Part shown: in pieces, positions 12,223-24,868 of the stretch
How positions within the stretch are numbered: the first letter of the stretch is position 1
Layout of the letters: every line of letters begins with the position of its first letter
NCBI RefSeq assembly: GCF_009914755.1
Contig: NC_060926.1
DNA length: 64,000 nucleotides
Strand: one strand, 5' to 3'
Source: the human T2T-CHM13v2.0 reference genome, Homo sapiens
The notes under the pieces: generated by a model
Database searches by the model: none
What the model was told of the DNA's origin: nothing
What the model saw: the letters and a program-made list of their open reading frames with translations, nothing else
Position numbers and translations under genes: made by a program

Positions 12223-12458
12223 ATGACACCCTTAATGATTCTGATCCTTTAGTTTTCAATGAAACCCGGAAATCTGCAGCACTACCCAGGACTCCTGGTG
12301 ATCCTGGTGCTAGGGAATAGGGAGGTTGCTCCACTGGGGACACTTATAAGCACTGTACATTTAATCCCCGGTATAACTTGTCAAGATGATCTGGAAGAAG
12401 AAAGAATAAAAAAGGAAGAAAAGCAGAAAGAGTTGATGGCTTCTGAAAACTCTAAAAC

Positions 12459-12597
12459 AGCCATTCTCCACCTTTTGAATCCCATGGGAAGCTTTGAAAA
12501 CCATGGATACCTGGGCCCTTGCCTGGACAATTACATCAGGTTCTCCGGGGTGAACCTGAGGTGAGGCCTCAGCAGTGGCACAAGTGAGAATCATTGT
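12459..12597. mobile_element. MER5-like hAT-Charlie fragment
   Basis: cagccattctcca...atacctgggccc...tgagaatcattg. Confidence 0.45.
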
Positions 12598-14169
12598 TCT
12601 GGGATTCCTGATTTCCTGACTGATGGCATCTGGTGGCAGGCAGGGAGCTATACTGAGTGCCTACACCTGTACAAAATAGCACTGCACCCTAGCTGACAGG
12701 AGGAACGAAGTCCCTCTTTCTAAAGTATTATTTTTCCTCCTTGATGTCACTGCCCAGCAAAGAAGCAGTCCCAGGTCATGTTAGAGTTACCTACTCATTT
12801 GTATTTAACCCTGCGCTCCAGGAATTACAGAAAATGAGTCTGCAGGAAACGTGTCCAGGTCTTCTCCATTCCCAAGGTAATCATGTGCTCTGTGTATATC
12901 CTACTCGAGGTTCTACCATTGAAAGCCAGGCATGTACTTCTTTATTTTCTGTGGCTAATAGAAAGGGGGAAAAGGATTTCTGCAAAAATTGAAAGAAAAC
13001 TAAAAGATTCCTGTGCAGGAGAGAAGAATCAAAACTGGTGATAGAATATGACAAAGAAGAGAAAAGAAAAGGGGGACAGGGGAGAAGCAACACAAAGGGC
13101 TGTTTTTCAGGACAGATCCCTTGAATCAATACCTCCCCAGAATACAAAGACATTCAACGGTTAAAAACCAGAGATCGACAAGAACAGTTATTCTGCACCA
13201 AATGAAAGGATATACGGTATGGCATTGATTATACCCAAAGGCTATAAGGCAATTGAACGTTAATTGGCAGAGGCCTACCAAAGGTATACAATCTTGAAGG
13301 ACCTATCAGGAAAAAAGAGAAGTTGCTAAAACTTTTTAAACCTGGACTTCCTTTCCAATTCCATGGTTTCTTCAGAAGACAAACAACTCCCCAGGTTTTA
13401 CAACTGGGAAATATAGCTCCCTACAAATGGACAGCAGCATAGTATAGGAACCTAATAAAAGATAATAAGGTGAATAAAAAGGGTGGTATAATCCTTGGCA
13501 AAATGTATAGCAATATGAAAATTTTTGTAATAAATTGTTATAATGGTTTGCGTTGTGAATTAGAATAGCAAATACTTTGTTACAGAGTACTTACATTTTA
13601 TTTTTTAGCTATCACAGCTCAAAACTAAATGTAGACGTGTGACTCTATGATACCTTCTGGCTAAAGATTGCATCTTTATCATCAGAGCAATATATATCAG
13701 GTTGATTTATTAACACTCTATCTCCAATTGGCTCTATGCAATGTGCAGACAAATAAACACGTAAATGAATAAGTAAAATATTTTTAAAGTATTCCTGCCC
13801 TCTAGAACCTTATACTCCCTGATAATTATTCTTACTGAAACATACAGAATACTATTAAACGTAGTGATTCATACCTGCAGAAGAAAAATATGCCCTTTTC
13901 TGTAACAGGAGAATGCCTGAATAATGATAGCACTGAAATTGATGCCATCATTATCAGCTTGCATTTTTCAAGCACTCAGTCAGTGCAGGGCAAAGAACTG
14001 CAGAAGGGACTACAAACAGGGATAAAAAGCAGGCTCTGCCCTAAATGAGCCCACAGCCTGGATGGAGGGAGAGGAGGGAAACATACACAAAAAAACGGTA
14101 ACTCCCTGGAAGCATTTTTTTAAATACCCAGTGAGTTACACAGACCTTAAATGGTGTTGGATGGCAGTG

Positions 14170-14345
14170 CAATCACAAGCTTTTACATGTGCTTTATGGT
14201 GTCTAATCACATTCATTATCATATTTAATTCTCACAATAACCTGTTGATATGAGTGTTAAATCTCCATCTTACAGATAAGAAAATTGAGACTCAGAGCAT
14301 TTAAGCAGCCAGCCTGGAGTCACAGAGATTTAAGTCTCAGAGCCA
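14170..14345 (-). mobile_element. MIR
   Basis: tttaattctcacaataacc...catcttacagataagaaaattgagactcagag. Confidence 0.75.
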
Positions 14346-14584
14346 GCACTCAGGATGAGTGCCAATGGAAGCCTGTCCTTGGAGTCCAGAATGAACGTCA
14401 GAAGCAACCCAGCCACAGCAGGAGACTGTCCATGAATGTCATCTGGCTGAACCTAAAGGCAAGACCTTTTTAACTTATCTCATTCAAGCTTATTCTTCGT
14501 ACTCTTTCACTAATTCCAATTAAGAATATTTCATGCTCATGATAGGATTTGCCATTTTTCCCACTTGCCAAGTCCCTGATTATT

Positions 14585-14626
14585 CATCATCATCACCAGC
14601 AACAACAGCAGCAGCAGCAGCAGCAG
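14585..14626 (+). repeat. Compound trinucleotide STR (CAT)3 CAC CAG (CAA)2 (CAG)7
   Basis: Read directly; pure CAG run at 14606-14626. Confidence 0.95.
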
Positions 14627-14889
14627 AAATAGAGAATTACTTGTTCAAGTAGTAAAACCTTCTGTGGAAGTCTAGTGCATAACAATGCATACCTTCCCCT
14701 GTCTCTAACCCTCTTGTTTTCTAAAATTAACATCTCTGAGATATAGAAAGACATGCAAAGGGGCATGGATCTGGTATTTTAGCTGCTACAAAATAAGCAC
14801 AAATACAATAATGGGGCGACTTCATACTTAACTTTTGTCATTATAAAATCTAAGACTGATTCATGGACTGACATGCAGGAAGAAATAAA

Positions 14890-15165
14890 ATTCTTTATCT
14901 CCTTCCAGGGGAGAAGGGTTTCTCAGTTTCCTGGGAATAAGCATCATTAGAGTAATATATATATATTTTTCTATTGTGCTTCTTCGGTTTTACATTTAGT
15001 CAACATTCTCTATTATTCTGAGCAATAGACTCTTCTGAAATTTTCATTTCTGTAGATGATGTATATTTTTTATCTTTTTTCTGTGTCTTCATTGATATTT
15101 TAGTGGAAATTTGGGAGATGATGTATCAGCAGCAACTAGCCAAGCACCATTTTAAACTAAAATCC
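14890..15165 (-). mobile_element. Ancient L1M/HAL1-type 5' region fragment
   Basis: tcttctgaaattttcatttct...gcaccattttaaactaaaatc resembles reversed old L1 5' ends. Confidence 0.35.
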
Positions 15166-15639
15166 GATGGAAATTTAATTTGATTGCACTACAAATGTTA
15201 ACTCCATGAGATTTTTTTTCCTCCCATCAAGTGTGTCTCTCCTTCCCATTAGGCATATTTGGATAGTGCAAATGGGTGACTTGACTGGAAGCAGAAAGAG
15301 ATTCATTCCATTCCAATTTTGAATATGACAGTTGTGAAGTCAGGCTCATGACCTGTGTGCCAATTTACAATCTAATAAAAATTTAAATGCTTGAATTATT
15401 AACAGAGAGTGAGGGATGGAGCTTAGAATGGAAACATTTATAATGAAGTGACGATTTTCAGCATAATAGAGTTGCTCATTTTTGGAACATCCTATATGCA
15501 TATTCCTTGTGGTTTCATAGCCCGTAAATTGTTTGTTGTTGGGTCTCATTTTGAATTCTCTTTACTATTTCATTCTGTTCTGCATCAGCAATCAGGGCAG
15601 CTGTGGATACTAACACAGTTTAATTTTTTAAAAAACCAT

Positions 15640-15835
15640 ACGCTTTACGGTCAGACATACCTGGATTCAAATTCTGATTCTGATTTTTACTTGCATTGTG
15701 AGATCTGATAGCGTGTTTCATCTTGTTGACCAAGTTAGCCTGCAACAACTACCTTGTAAGCTTTTTGTAAGAATTGCAGTAAATAAGTGAAAATATTTCT
15801 GACCGTGCCTGGCATGTAGTAGTTGTTCATTAATG
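15640..15835 (+). mobile_element. MIR
   Basis: gtcagacatacctggattcaaattctg...gtgcctggcatgtagtagttgttcattaa. Confidence 0.7.
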
Positions 15836-15914
15836 AGTATAAGAGCTTTTCGCCATCGTTCCTTCTTTATTCTGCCATGTAATTTAGAAGAAAGAGTCCT
15901 CAAAGATCATGCAT

Positions 15915-16130
15915 TAATTGATTCAATAAAGCATTCATTCATTCATGTGACATTTATACAGTGTCGACTCTAGGCCTGGGAATTCTCAGAGCTAAGAATA
16001 TAAGAAATACTGAGACCTTCAAAAATGTTATAGACTAATGAAGAAAATAGGCCTGTTAAAAATACTCTATACTAGGGAAAAATGAATGATATTAAAGAAA
16101 GATGTTTAAGGTACTACAGTGACACTAAGA
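15915..16130 (-). mobile_element. L2 3' end
   Basis: cattcattcattcatgtgacattt tail. Confidence 0.55.
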
Positions 16131-16329
16131 AAATATTTTCTTGGTGCTTTTGAGTATGTCAGTTAAATCCTTTGAGCTTCTAATTTTTTAAAATTAGATT
16201 AACAAAAACATATGAGCCACTTCAAACATGCCGGTGCAAAGCCTACAATTTCTTTCAAAGAGGCTGAACTACAGGCCATTTTACCCAAACTCATACATTC
16301 ATTCATTTTAAAAAGTGCATCCTTGGAAC

Positions 16330-16865
16330 AAGCATAATCAAGAAATGCTTAAAACGAGTCTGGCCTGTAACTCATGACAAAGACTTGTATGAAGAGATGA
16401 GCTGAGCCAATCTGCATCCTACCAAGAGAAACCACAAGAATCAGACAATTAGCATCAGGAACCGAAAATGAAAGCATGCCCAGAGAGCAGAAGTCATAAG
16501 GGATAGTCAAGGCTCTTTTGGTTCAGGAGAAAGCTGCATGTAGAAGGACGCTTGAGTTAAGCAGAAGATGGTAGATGAGGTTAGAAGTAAGACGAAATAA
16601 GGATGAAGAGTAGAGGATGGGGAAGGCAGCCAGAGTTAAGGTGCAGCAGACACCCAGAGAGGGATGGGGAGGCCAAGGAAAAAAGAGCATTACAAAGAGA
16701 GAGTGCTTGCAGAAATGAGTAGGAAACAGCAACGGTGGGCTGTCCCCAAACTGCTTGTGTTCCAACTGATTTCCAGTTCTAAGCCCCATGTGGTTTCTGA
16801 TCCTGTGTGTTTTTGCTTAAAAACCTCCTACCTGTATTACTGAATAACTGAATTTATCTATGTTG
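16330..16865 (+). mobile_element. Old ERV-type LTR remnant (LTR78/79-like, uncertain)
   Basis: Purine-rich body ending tttccagttctaagcccc...ctgaataactga. Confidence 0.3.
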
Positions 16866-16933
16866 AGTATAGCCAAAATAGCCCCTTGTTGGTTGGTTTT
16901 GTTTTTGTTTTTGTTTTTTTGAAATTTTTCTAA

Positions 16934-17645
16934 TTTTTTTTTATTATACTTTAAGTTTTAGGGTACATGTGCACAACGTGCAGGTTTGTTACGTATGTAT
17001 ACATGTGCCATGTTGGTGTGCTGCACCCATTAACTCCTCATTTAACATTAGGTATATCTCCTAATGCTATCCCTCTCCCCTCCCCCAACCCCACAACAGG
17101 CCCTGGTGTGTGATGTTCCCCTTGCTGTGTCCATGTGTTCTCATTGTTCAATTCCCACCTATGAGTGAGAACATGCGGTGTTTGGTTTTTTGTCCTTGCG
17201 ATAGTTTGCTGAGAATGATGGTTTCCAGCTTCATACATGTCCCTACAAAGTACATGACCTTATCATTTTTTATGGCTGCATAGTATTCCATGGTGTATAT
17301 GTGCCACATTTTCTTGATCTAGTCTATCATTGTTGGACATTTGGCTTGGTTCCAAGTCTTTGCTATTGTGAATAGTGTTGCAGTAATCATACGTGTGCGT
17401 GTGTCTTTATAGCAGCATGTTTTATAATCCTTTGGGTATATACCCAGTAATGGGATGGCTGGGTCAAATGGTATTTCTAGTTCTAGCTCCCTGAGGAATC
17501 GCCACACTGACTTCCACAATGGTTGAACTAGTTTACAGTCCCACCAACAATGTAAAAGTGTTCCTATTTCTCCACATCCTCTCCAGCACCTGTTGTTTCC
17601 TCACTTTTTAATGATTGCCATTCTAACTGGTGTGAGATGGTATCT
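16934..17645 (-). mobile_element. L1PA4-like, 5'-truncated (ORF2 C-terminus plus 3'UTR)
   Basis: L1PA 3'UTR tatactttaagttttagggtacatgtgcacaacgtg; ORF 17319-17519 is ORF2 C-terminal sequence (WKSVWRFL...[10 protein letters not shown]); no clear TSD. Confidence 0.95.
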
Positions 17646-17897
17646 TTAATCACTATGTTAATATAAAGTATCAGGGCCAGTAGTGATGATATGCTGATCT
17701 TCATACAAGGATATAACCCCATCCCAACAATAAGGAAAAGGCATAAAGTTGTGTCTCCTAACCTAGAAAGACACTATGCTGAACAATCCATACTATGCTG
17801 TACAAGGTCCTTGACTAAATCCCCAAATGATATGCACTGAAGTACACCAGAAAGCCAAAATAATTTTTTATTTGTACAAAGCTGCTTAGCCCATAAT

Positions 17898-18440
17898 TGT
17901 AGACAGACAATTCACCATAGGTCTTTGAGTTTCTGCAGATCTTGCAAGCAAGTCACTAACTGCCATTTTGTTCTAGCCTATCTTTTCTAAGGATGGTTTT
18001 ATACAGGCAGTTTTGGGAGACAGTATCTCTCTCCAAAGCAGAGGGCATATTTGTTTGTTTCCTTTCCAGAATAATAGTGGTAATATTTCCCTCTGGGGAA
18101 AAGGGCATGTTTGCTTTCATTCCATTACAAAAGAGTTGGGTTTTCTAAGCTCAGGCTTCTTTGGTGCATACTCATTGCATGCATAGCATCTAGCCAGGCT
18201 TTTCTCTATTGTCTGCCATAGCACCTGAAGGGCCTTTATTATAGCAAGTATCATACTGCATCCCTTTCCCTTTCTTATCTGATGCAAACATGAAGCACCT
18301 GCTGCTTGTTCTGCCATGAGTAATACAGTCCTTAGTCTCTGACCTAGGAGTTTCTTGACTCTGCCAGCTTTAAACTGCGGCAGGCTAACTTTTTACCTTG
18401 CACATACAGTAAAATCTAATGTTTTTCATCATTCTTGACA
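17898..18440 (+). mobile_element. ERV solo LTR (MER-type; subfamily not assigned)
   Basis: TG...CA termini; ttgggttttctaagctcagg; polyA-like gagtaatacagtccttagtctctgacctagga; carries a foreign 53-bp segment at 18229-18281. Confidence 0.7.
18229..18281 (+). repeat. 53-bp dispersed direct repeat, copy A (partner 19890-19942)
   Basis: 47/53 identical, ungapped, by manual alignment. Confidence 0.9.
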
Positions 18441-19519
18441 TGCATGTGGCATCTCAACATGAAGCAGTGTTCTAATCATCCTAATCAATTAAGTCAAATG
18501 GTATATGTAGGACACAGTATTGACCACAAGTATTGGCAATTTTTTTCATCATGGTCTTTCTATTCCTACACACTATGATGACTATTGTATACATGCTTAA
18601 GTATAAGGTATAATTTTACCAAAATAGACATAAAAAGTTCCCATTTTGTACTTTATTTGGGAACAATAATCAAAACCAAATGTACATGTCTTTGACATGG
18701 GCAATGGTGTCTCTAGGAATTGAGGAGAGAAAAGATCAAATGTAGGTATTATTCTCTAAAACAGAGTCCCCTAAGTAGCAACAAGAGCTTCAGATGTAAT
18801 ATATGTAAATATTGTGTAAATAAATATACATGTATTGTAGGGTATGCTCTAGTTTTGTTTATTTGTTTTTTAATAGGGATATATAGTTAAAAAATTGTGG
18901 GGCCTATTGTCATGTGGATAGCCACTATTACATGCATCCAAAGACATAGTTTCCTGTGGTCTTGTTCATAGTACCTAACAACATGGAAAATACCAAATTA
19001 TCCTTCAAATGTCATTTGTCGAGGAGATGTTACATGTCACTCTAAATATGTAGTTTGAGAGTTTCCATTCTACATAATATTTGCTCCTGAGTATTGAATG
19101 TCCAAAAGCTGAACTTTTACTTAGAGGTGCTTGGGTTCTCAGAAATACATTTACATGAGGTGCTTACATGAAGCAGAATGCCCAAATAACCATTTATAAT
19201 GGAAAAAAAATCCTTTTGGGAGCTCATTCGCTCATATTCTCTATCAGGACCCTTTTTTCTTGGTATTAAGTATAAATGATTTAGTTACAATGCTTCTTGT
19301 CTCAATCAAAACTCTGAGAGTGGCACTGACCTGAAGGATACTTCTTTGGGTCATGGGGAGGTCTGATAAAGCATCCTTGCCTAAGGCAGCAGGATCGCTC
19401 AGGTGGACTAGATAGCACATCTCTCACCTTCCCAGCCTCAGTACCACTTGTTTTCCTATGCCAGTTGCCTCACTCTGTAAGCATTCCTTTCTTTGTTTTT
19501 AATTACTGAAATCATATGC

Positions 19520-19790
19520 ATTAATTTTAGATATATTTAAATAGATAGGGATAAAGGGAGAAATCACTACCAAGAATGGTTAACCTCAGAAATTTTCTAC
19601 ATATACCTGTAACTGCACATGAATATATTCCGTATTACAAAATCATAGATCCTACTGCACATAACTTAGGTTGGCCTGTCTGGTTTTCACTAAACAATAT
19701 ATGATGAACATTTTCTCATTAGAATAAGTAAATAATGACATGCGTTATGAATGTATAATATTCCATTATAAAAATATACAATCATTTGTT
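19520..19790 (-). mobile_element. L1ME-type 3' fragment
   Basis: ttttcactaaacaatatatgatgaacatttt...tataatattccatt. Confidence 0.5.
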
Positions 19791-19814
19791 TGTTTTTTGA
19801 GCTGAAATACATGT

Positions 19815-20045
19815 AGAAATCTCCAAGAAGCCTTTGCTGCCCACTCACTCCTTGGTCTGTGTTATGTGGCCATCCTTCAACCCCACCATAGGGCCTTTAT
19901 CATAGCACTTATCATACTGCATACCTTTCCCTTTCTCACCTGTATACACTTATGTCTACTTAGCTCACTTTTTAAAATCTTCAGTAGCTAACTAGTTACT
20001 AACTCATAGGGGGTTCTCTAACATATCTGTTGAACTGAATTGAAT
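19815..20045 (+). mobile_element. L2 3' end (contains 53-bp copy B at 19890-19942)
   Basis: ctccaagaagccttt...catagcacttatca...atatctgttgaactgaattgaat. Confidence 0.65.
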
Positions 20046-22364
20046 AATACGATTGTGGTTAAGATGCTTCTACAAACATTTTCACACTTGTCCAACAATT
20101 TACTTGAGCTAAACACCTTGAAGTAGTATGAATGAGTCACACAAATACAAATCCTAAAAGTCCTAAAGCTTTTTGGTAGAGAGACAGTGATTATGTTAGT
20201 ATTTCTGGGAAGGAAGAAATATCCCAGATTCGTATTCAAAAAAAATTTTTTAATAATTTTGCCTTTTGCCCTAGTTAACTTTCTGGAAATGAGAAAAGGA
20301 AGAGAGGGTGGAAGAAAGATCTGAGAGAGGAAGAAGTAAATATAGACAAATTCAATCTCATAATGTACACAATGTTATGTAAAATAGTCTTCAAAATATC
20401 CAGTTTTACAGGTCCCCAGAACCCCCATAGTCTCTTATGTCCACATTCAAGACAGTTCTGTTAATGTTGTTTATAAGGATGTGCTGCTGCAATTTATTGT
20501 ACCACTTTCTTCTGTCCAGAGGGACATTACAAAACAACTTTTTATAATCTCCAAACTGGACGGAAATTTTCTTGCAAAATGATACATAGTGAAAATATTA
20601 TAAAGAGCCTCCCAGGCACTTGTGCCTCAGAGTCTTGTTTAGAGAAAAAGGTATCACAGGGAATAAAATTGCAGTAGGGTTGAAGATTTTCTGTTCTTTT
20701 CTTTCTTTTTTTTTTTCCGTGACTAAGAATGAACAAGACCCAGGTTGTTCAGGGATGAGAGGTTTCACCATTATAACCCTGAAGGCAGCAGCATTACTCT
20801 CCGTCTGTGCCATGCCTCTTCCATTTTATGAAAATGGAAGATTTTATGAATTTGGCAAACATTAGTCTGTCAAGCCAACTGGGCCCTAAAGAGATACAAT
20901 CATATGTGGCAGCCCCTCCCAATCCTGAATCACACAGCACAGAACATATGATAAGCCAATAATTAGTCTGTGAATTCAGTTACTCTAAGCAGTCCAAATG
21001 CATATTTCAAGCTTTGATTACCCTTCCATCGGAGATTTTATTTTTCCTTTTCTTCAATTAAACAAGCAACTACAGAAAAAGCAGGATTTTAGAGACCTGC
21101 AACACCTGGATGATTGCAATTAGATGTGGCTTCAGAGGTGGGGAGGTTGTTCTCCACAGGAATATTTACCAAGTATATAAAACAGGTAAATTAGAAGGTG
21201 GCTTTTAACATTACAAAAATATTTCCTAGTTTTAGTTTTCCTGAAAATTACATTGCAAAATTTTCTTCTGCTATAACATTGCTGTAAAGAAACCCTGCAC
21301 TGCAGTCCAGTATGCCTGAACTGTAAGATAAGAGGGTTGTACTCTCCAAAGCTGCTTTGAATTCAAATAATATGTGAACTACACTATACAGAGTCTGGTA
21401 CAGGGATCAGGCAAAATTTTGAAGAAAAGTTAGAAAACAGGTAAGCACTGAAGTTCGTTGATCCCTACAGGATGATTTTCTTGGATTTTTGTAGAATTTT
21501 TCGGGGACAGATTGGTTATGTCAATTAATGTAACAATAAACATTTGGCTTTATTCTCTTAGCAAGATGTTGAAGAGCTTTTCCATAGCACCACAGTGAGT
21601 AAGTAGAAGAACTCACAAGCGTATTTAAAAAGGGAAAGCTAGAACTGCAAGCAGCCTTGATGGTCACCCACTCAGCTTCCTTAATTTACAGTTGAAGAAA
21701 CTGAGATGCATGTACCCCAAAACTCACGTAAATTAATAATAATAGAAAAACCCCCAAAAGTCAAATCTCCTAGGTTTCAGGACAATCCTCTTTCAAGACA
21801 CCTCACTATGCCCCAGTCACTGAAAAAATTTTTACTTTTGTTACGATTCATACTGTAATTTTCACAGACTTCACTGAAGTATTTGCATCTTCATAGTTTT
21901 GATTCAATTGATCAAAAACTATCAAGTCAACTTTAAATACACTTGAGTTGCATCTAACCTCTTAATGACATGTCTTCTTTGCAGTACTTGCTTGTTCATC
22001 AAGGATGTTGCTGCTCATGCATTGGTATAGATTTCTAAGCCAGACGGAAGAGGCTACTTTGCAGACATCTTGTAAAAGAAGTTCATACCTCAATTGAGGA
22101 ACTGACTAAGGTTTCCAGAGGTTTCTCTTTGTTCAGAGGCTCCAGCAGCATATGACTTCTCTCTGTCTATCCAGTGATCATTCAAAGCTCTCTGAGGCAT
22201 AATAGATTGCTCAACAAGCATCTCTCCATTTGATCTGAAGTTTCTGTGTGTTGTGGGTGATGAACTGGAGTTGTCTCATTATGAAAGTCTTTTGCTGTTG
22301 GGTTCCATCCTGACCAAATGTTTAGCAATGCAAGCATGTTTGCCTTCAGATAGCTAAATGACTG

Positions 22365-22902
22365 CGTGATTGCTAATTTAATGTGTCAACTTGGCTGGGC
22401 TAAGGGATACTTAGATAGCTGATAAAACATTATTTCAGAGTATTTCTGTAAAGGTGTTTCTGGAAGAGATTATCATTTGAATGAGTAGACTGAGTAAAGA
22501 ACATTACCCTCACTAGTGGGGGTAGGCATCATCCAATCTATTGAGGGCCCAAGTAGAACAAAAAGGTGGAAGAAGGGTAAATTCTGTCTATCTGCTTGGT
22601 GGGACATCCTCTCCTGTCCTTGGGCATCAGTACTCCTAGTACTCAGGCCTTCAGACTCAGACTGAGACTTATACCACTGGCTTTTCTGGGTCTCAGGGTT
22701 TGAGGCTTGGACTGGAACTACCCCCACTGGCTTTCCTGAGCTTTTAGCTTGTAGACATTAGATCATGGGACTTCTCAGCCTCCGTAGTCACATGAGCCAA
22801 TCTCTCATAATAATTTTCTCTTTTATTCCTCTCTCTCTGTCTGGGTATGTGTGTGTATACATCTTGTTTGTTCTGTTTCTCTGGAGAATCCCAACAAATA
22901 CA
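22365..22902 (+). mobile_element. MLT2B-type ERVL solo LTR
   Basis: gtgattgctaatttaatgtgtcaacttggctgggctaagggata...ttctgtttctctggagaatcccaacaaataca. Confidence 0.9.
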
Positions 22903-23047
22903 TGCTATTACCAAAAAAGAAGAAGGTTTCCAATTATCTTATGCCATTTCTGAAAGTAGAATTAGGACAATGAATGGAAGTTACTGAAGAGCACCTTAGG
23001 CTATCATTAGGAGGAATTTTATAGCATTTAAAAACATCCCAAAATAA

Positions 23048-23358
<311 letters not shown>

Positions 23359-23699
23359 ATAAACTATTAAATTTTAATAAATGTCTTATCTCGGAGTATT
23401 TAAGGCAGTCCTGGAGGACCACCTGTCAGTGATATGGAGATGAAAAGAAGAATAACACATTGAGAGGTTGCGCTCAACTTCCTAACTGTAATAAGTCAAT
23501 AGTGTATGAGTTTTTCTATTTTAAAAAGTTAGATATCCAATATATGAAAAAGCATTTGTGAATTTCCTTTGGTAAATCTAAAGGAAGACAGAGGTCCTGG
23601 GGATAGAAGTCAAAACAGTAGAAGATAAAGTGCCTTTCAGAATAGAGTTTTCATTAATACCTAAGAGACAAGGATAATTCACCAAAAATCTTAGATAAT

Positions 23700-23990
23700 G
23701 ACATAAACAACTTAGGAGTACATGGCAAATTTCATGACATTGTTCCTACATTCTGTATGATCGGGGATAATAAGGAACATAATTAAATGGAGAGACTGAG
23801 TTAGAGTATGGAATGGACCTTGAAGGATAGATAGAATTTAAATGGATAGAGAAAAGTGTGTGGAAATAAAACATGGGACTGGGGGAGGGTGAATTACTTT
23901 GTAGTTTCTGTGTAGAAACTAGAATACCCATGCTGTTAGAGGGCTTTGGTGGAAGAGAGCTAAGGCAGTAAGAAGCTGTTTAAGGAAGTA
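23700..23990 (-). mobile_element. L2 fragment
   Basis: ggaatggaccttgaaggatagatagaattt is an L2-like motif. Confidence 0.5.
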
Positions 23991-24818
23991 TATGGGAAGT
24001 ATATACTTACCTCCTAATTTTCCATCACATGGCATAGTGCGTATGCAGGCAGATGTTAAAAAACCCATTCTCGAGCTAGTTCACTCTCTGCAATCTTGAT
24101 GCCGAGCCCTAGGTGGTTTTGGGCTTTAACAAATAAGCTGGATTTAAGCAGCCATAGCAGCATCATATCCAATTTGACCTTGGGAACTATTTCCTGAATT
24201 CCATGTGATTTGAAAAGCATTTGTTTCCTTAATCAAATACTGCCAGTCCTTTGCTGAAATTGGGGGTCTGGAGACTGTCCACCTTTCTGGATGACAGCAA
24301 ATGGTACATAAGAAACCCTGTCTTATGTTTGCATGGCATGCCTATTGACAGCAGCAAGGAACAACTGTTATCTTTGAAAATAGGACAGAGAGGGAAAGGA
24401 GAGTAGGAGCTATTATCTAGGCCCATTCATAATCATTGTGGTCTGAAGAGTGGGAAGGACGTAGAGAAATTGGATGGTGCTTACAGGCCAAGCATTATAA
24501 TGAATGGGAAACATTTAGCAACCAAGATAGGCACAGGGAATGCAGCACTTAGCTTCCCAACCTCCCCAGGATTTACTGAAGTTATGAAGAAGTATATGAT
24601 AAAAAACAATCAGCGTAAATTGCAGACCCATCTTTCATGCTGCTTTAATTAAAAAGCCTTTCATCATTTCCAGCTTAAACATCTCTTTTCTCAGTCTTAA
24701 AGTAACTACTGAATCTTCTAGCGCTTTCACATTGGTAGTCAGGAAAATTTGGTTTTCATTTCCAGGCTGTACAAGGAAAGCATTACATATACTTTCCCTG
24801 GTAATTTGAATGCATATT

Positions 24819-24821
<3 letters not shown>

Positions 24822-24865
<44 letters not shown>
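24822..24865 (+). repeat. (TC)22 microsatellite
   Basis: Read directly. Confidence 0.95.

Positions 24866-24868
<3 letters not shown>

Noticed and set aside
12620-12640. CTCF-like motif tggcatctggtggcag
   Set aside because: Mismatches in the core on both strands; not supportable without ChIP data.
24005-24015. Isolated consensus minus-strand donors (also near 115 and 29162)
   Set aside because: No convincing paired acceptor or reading frame; expected by chance.
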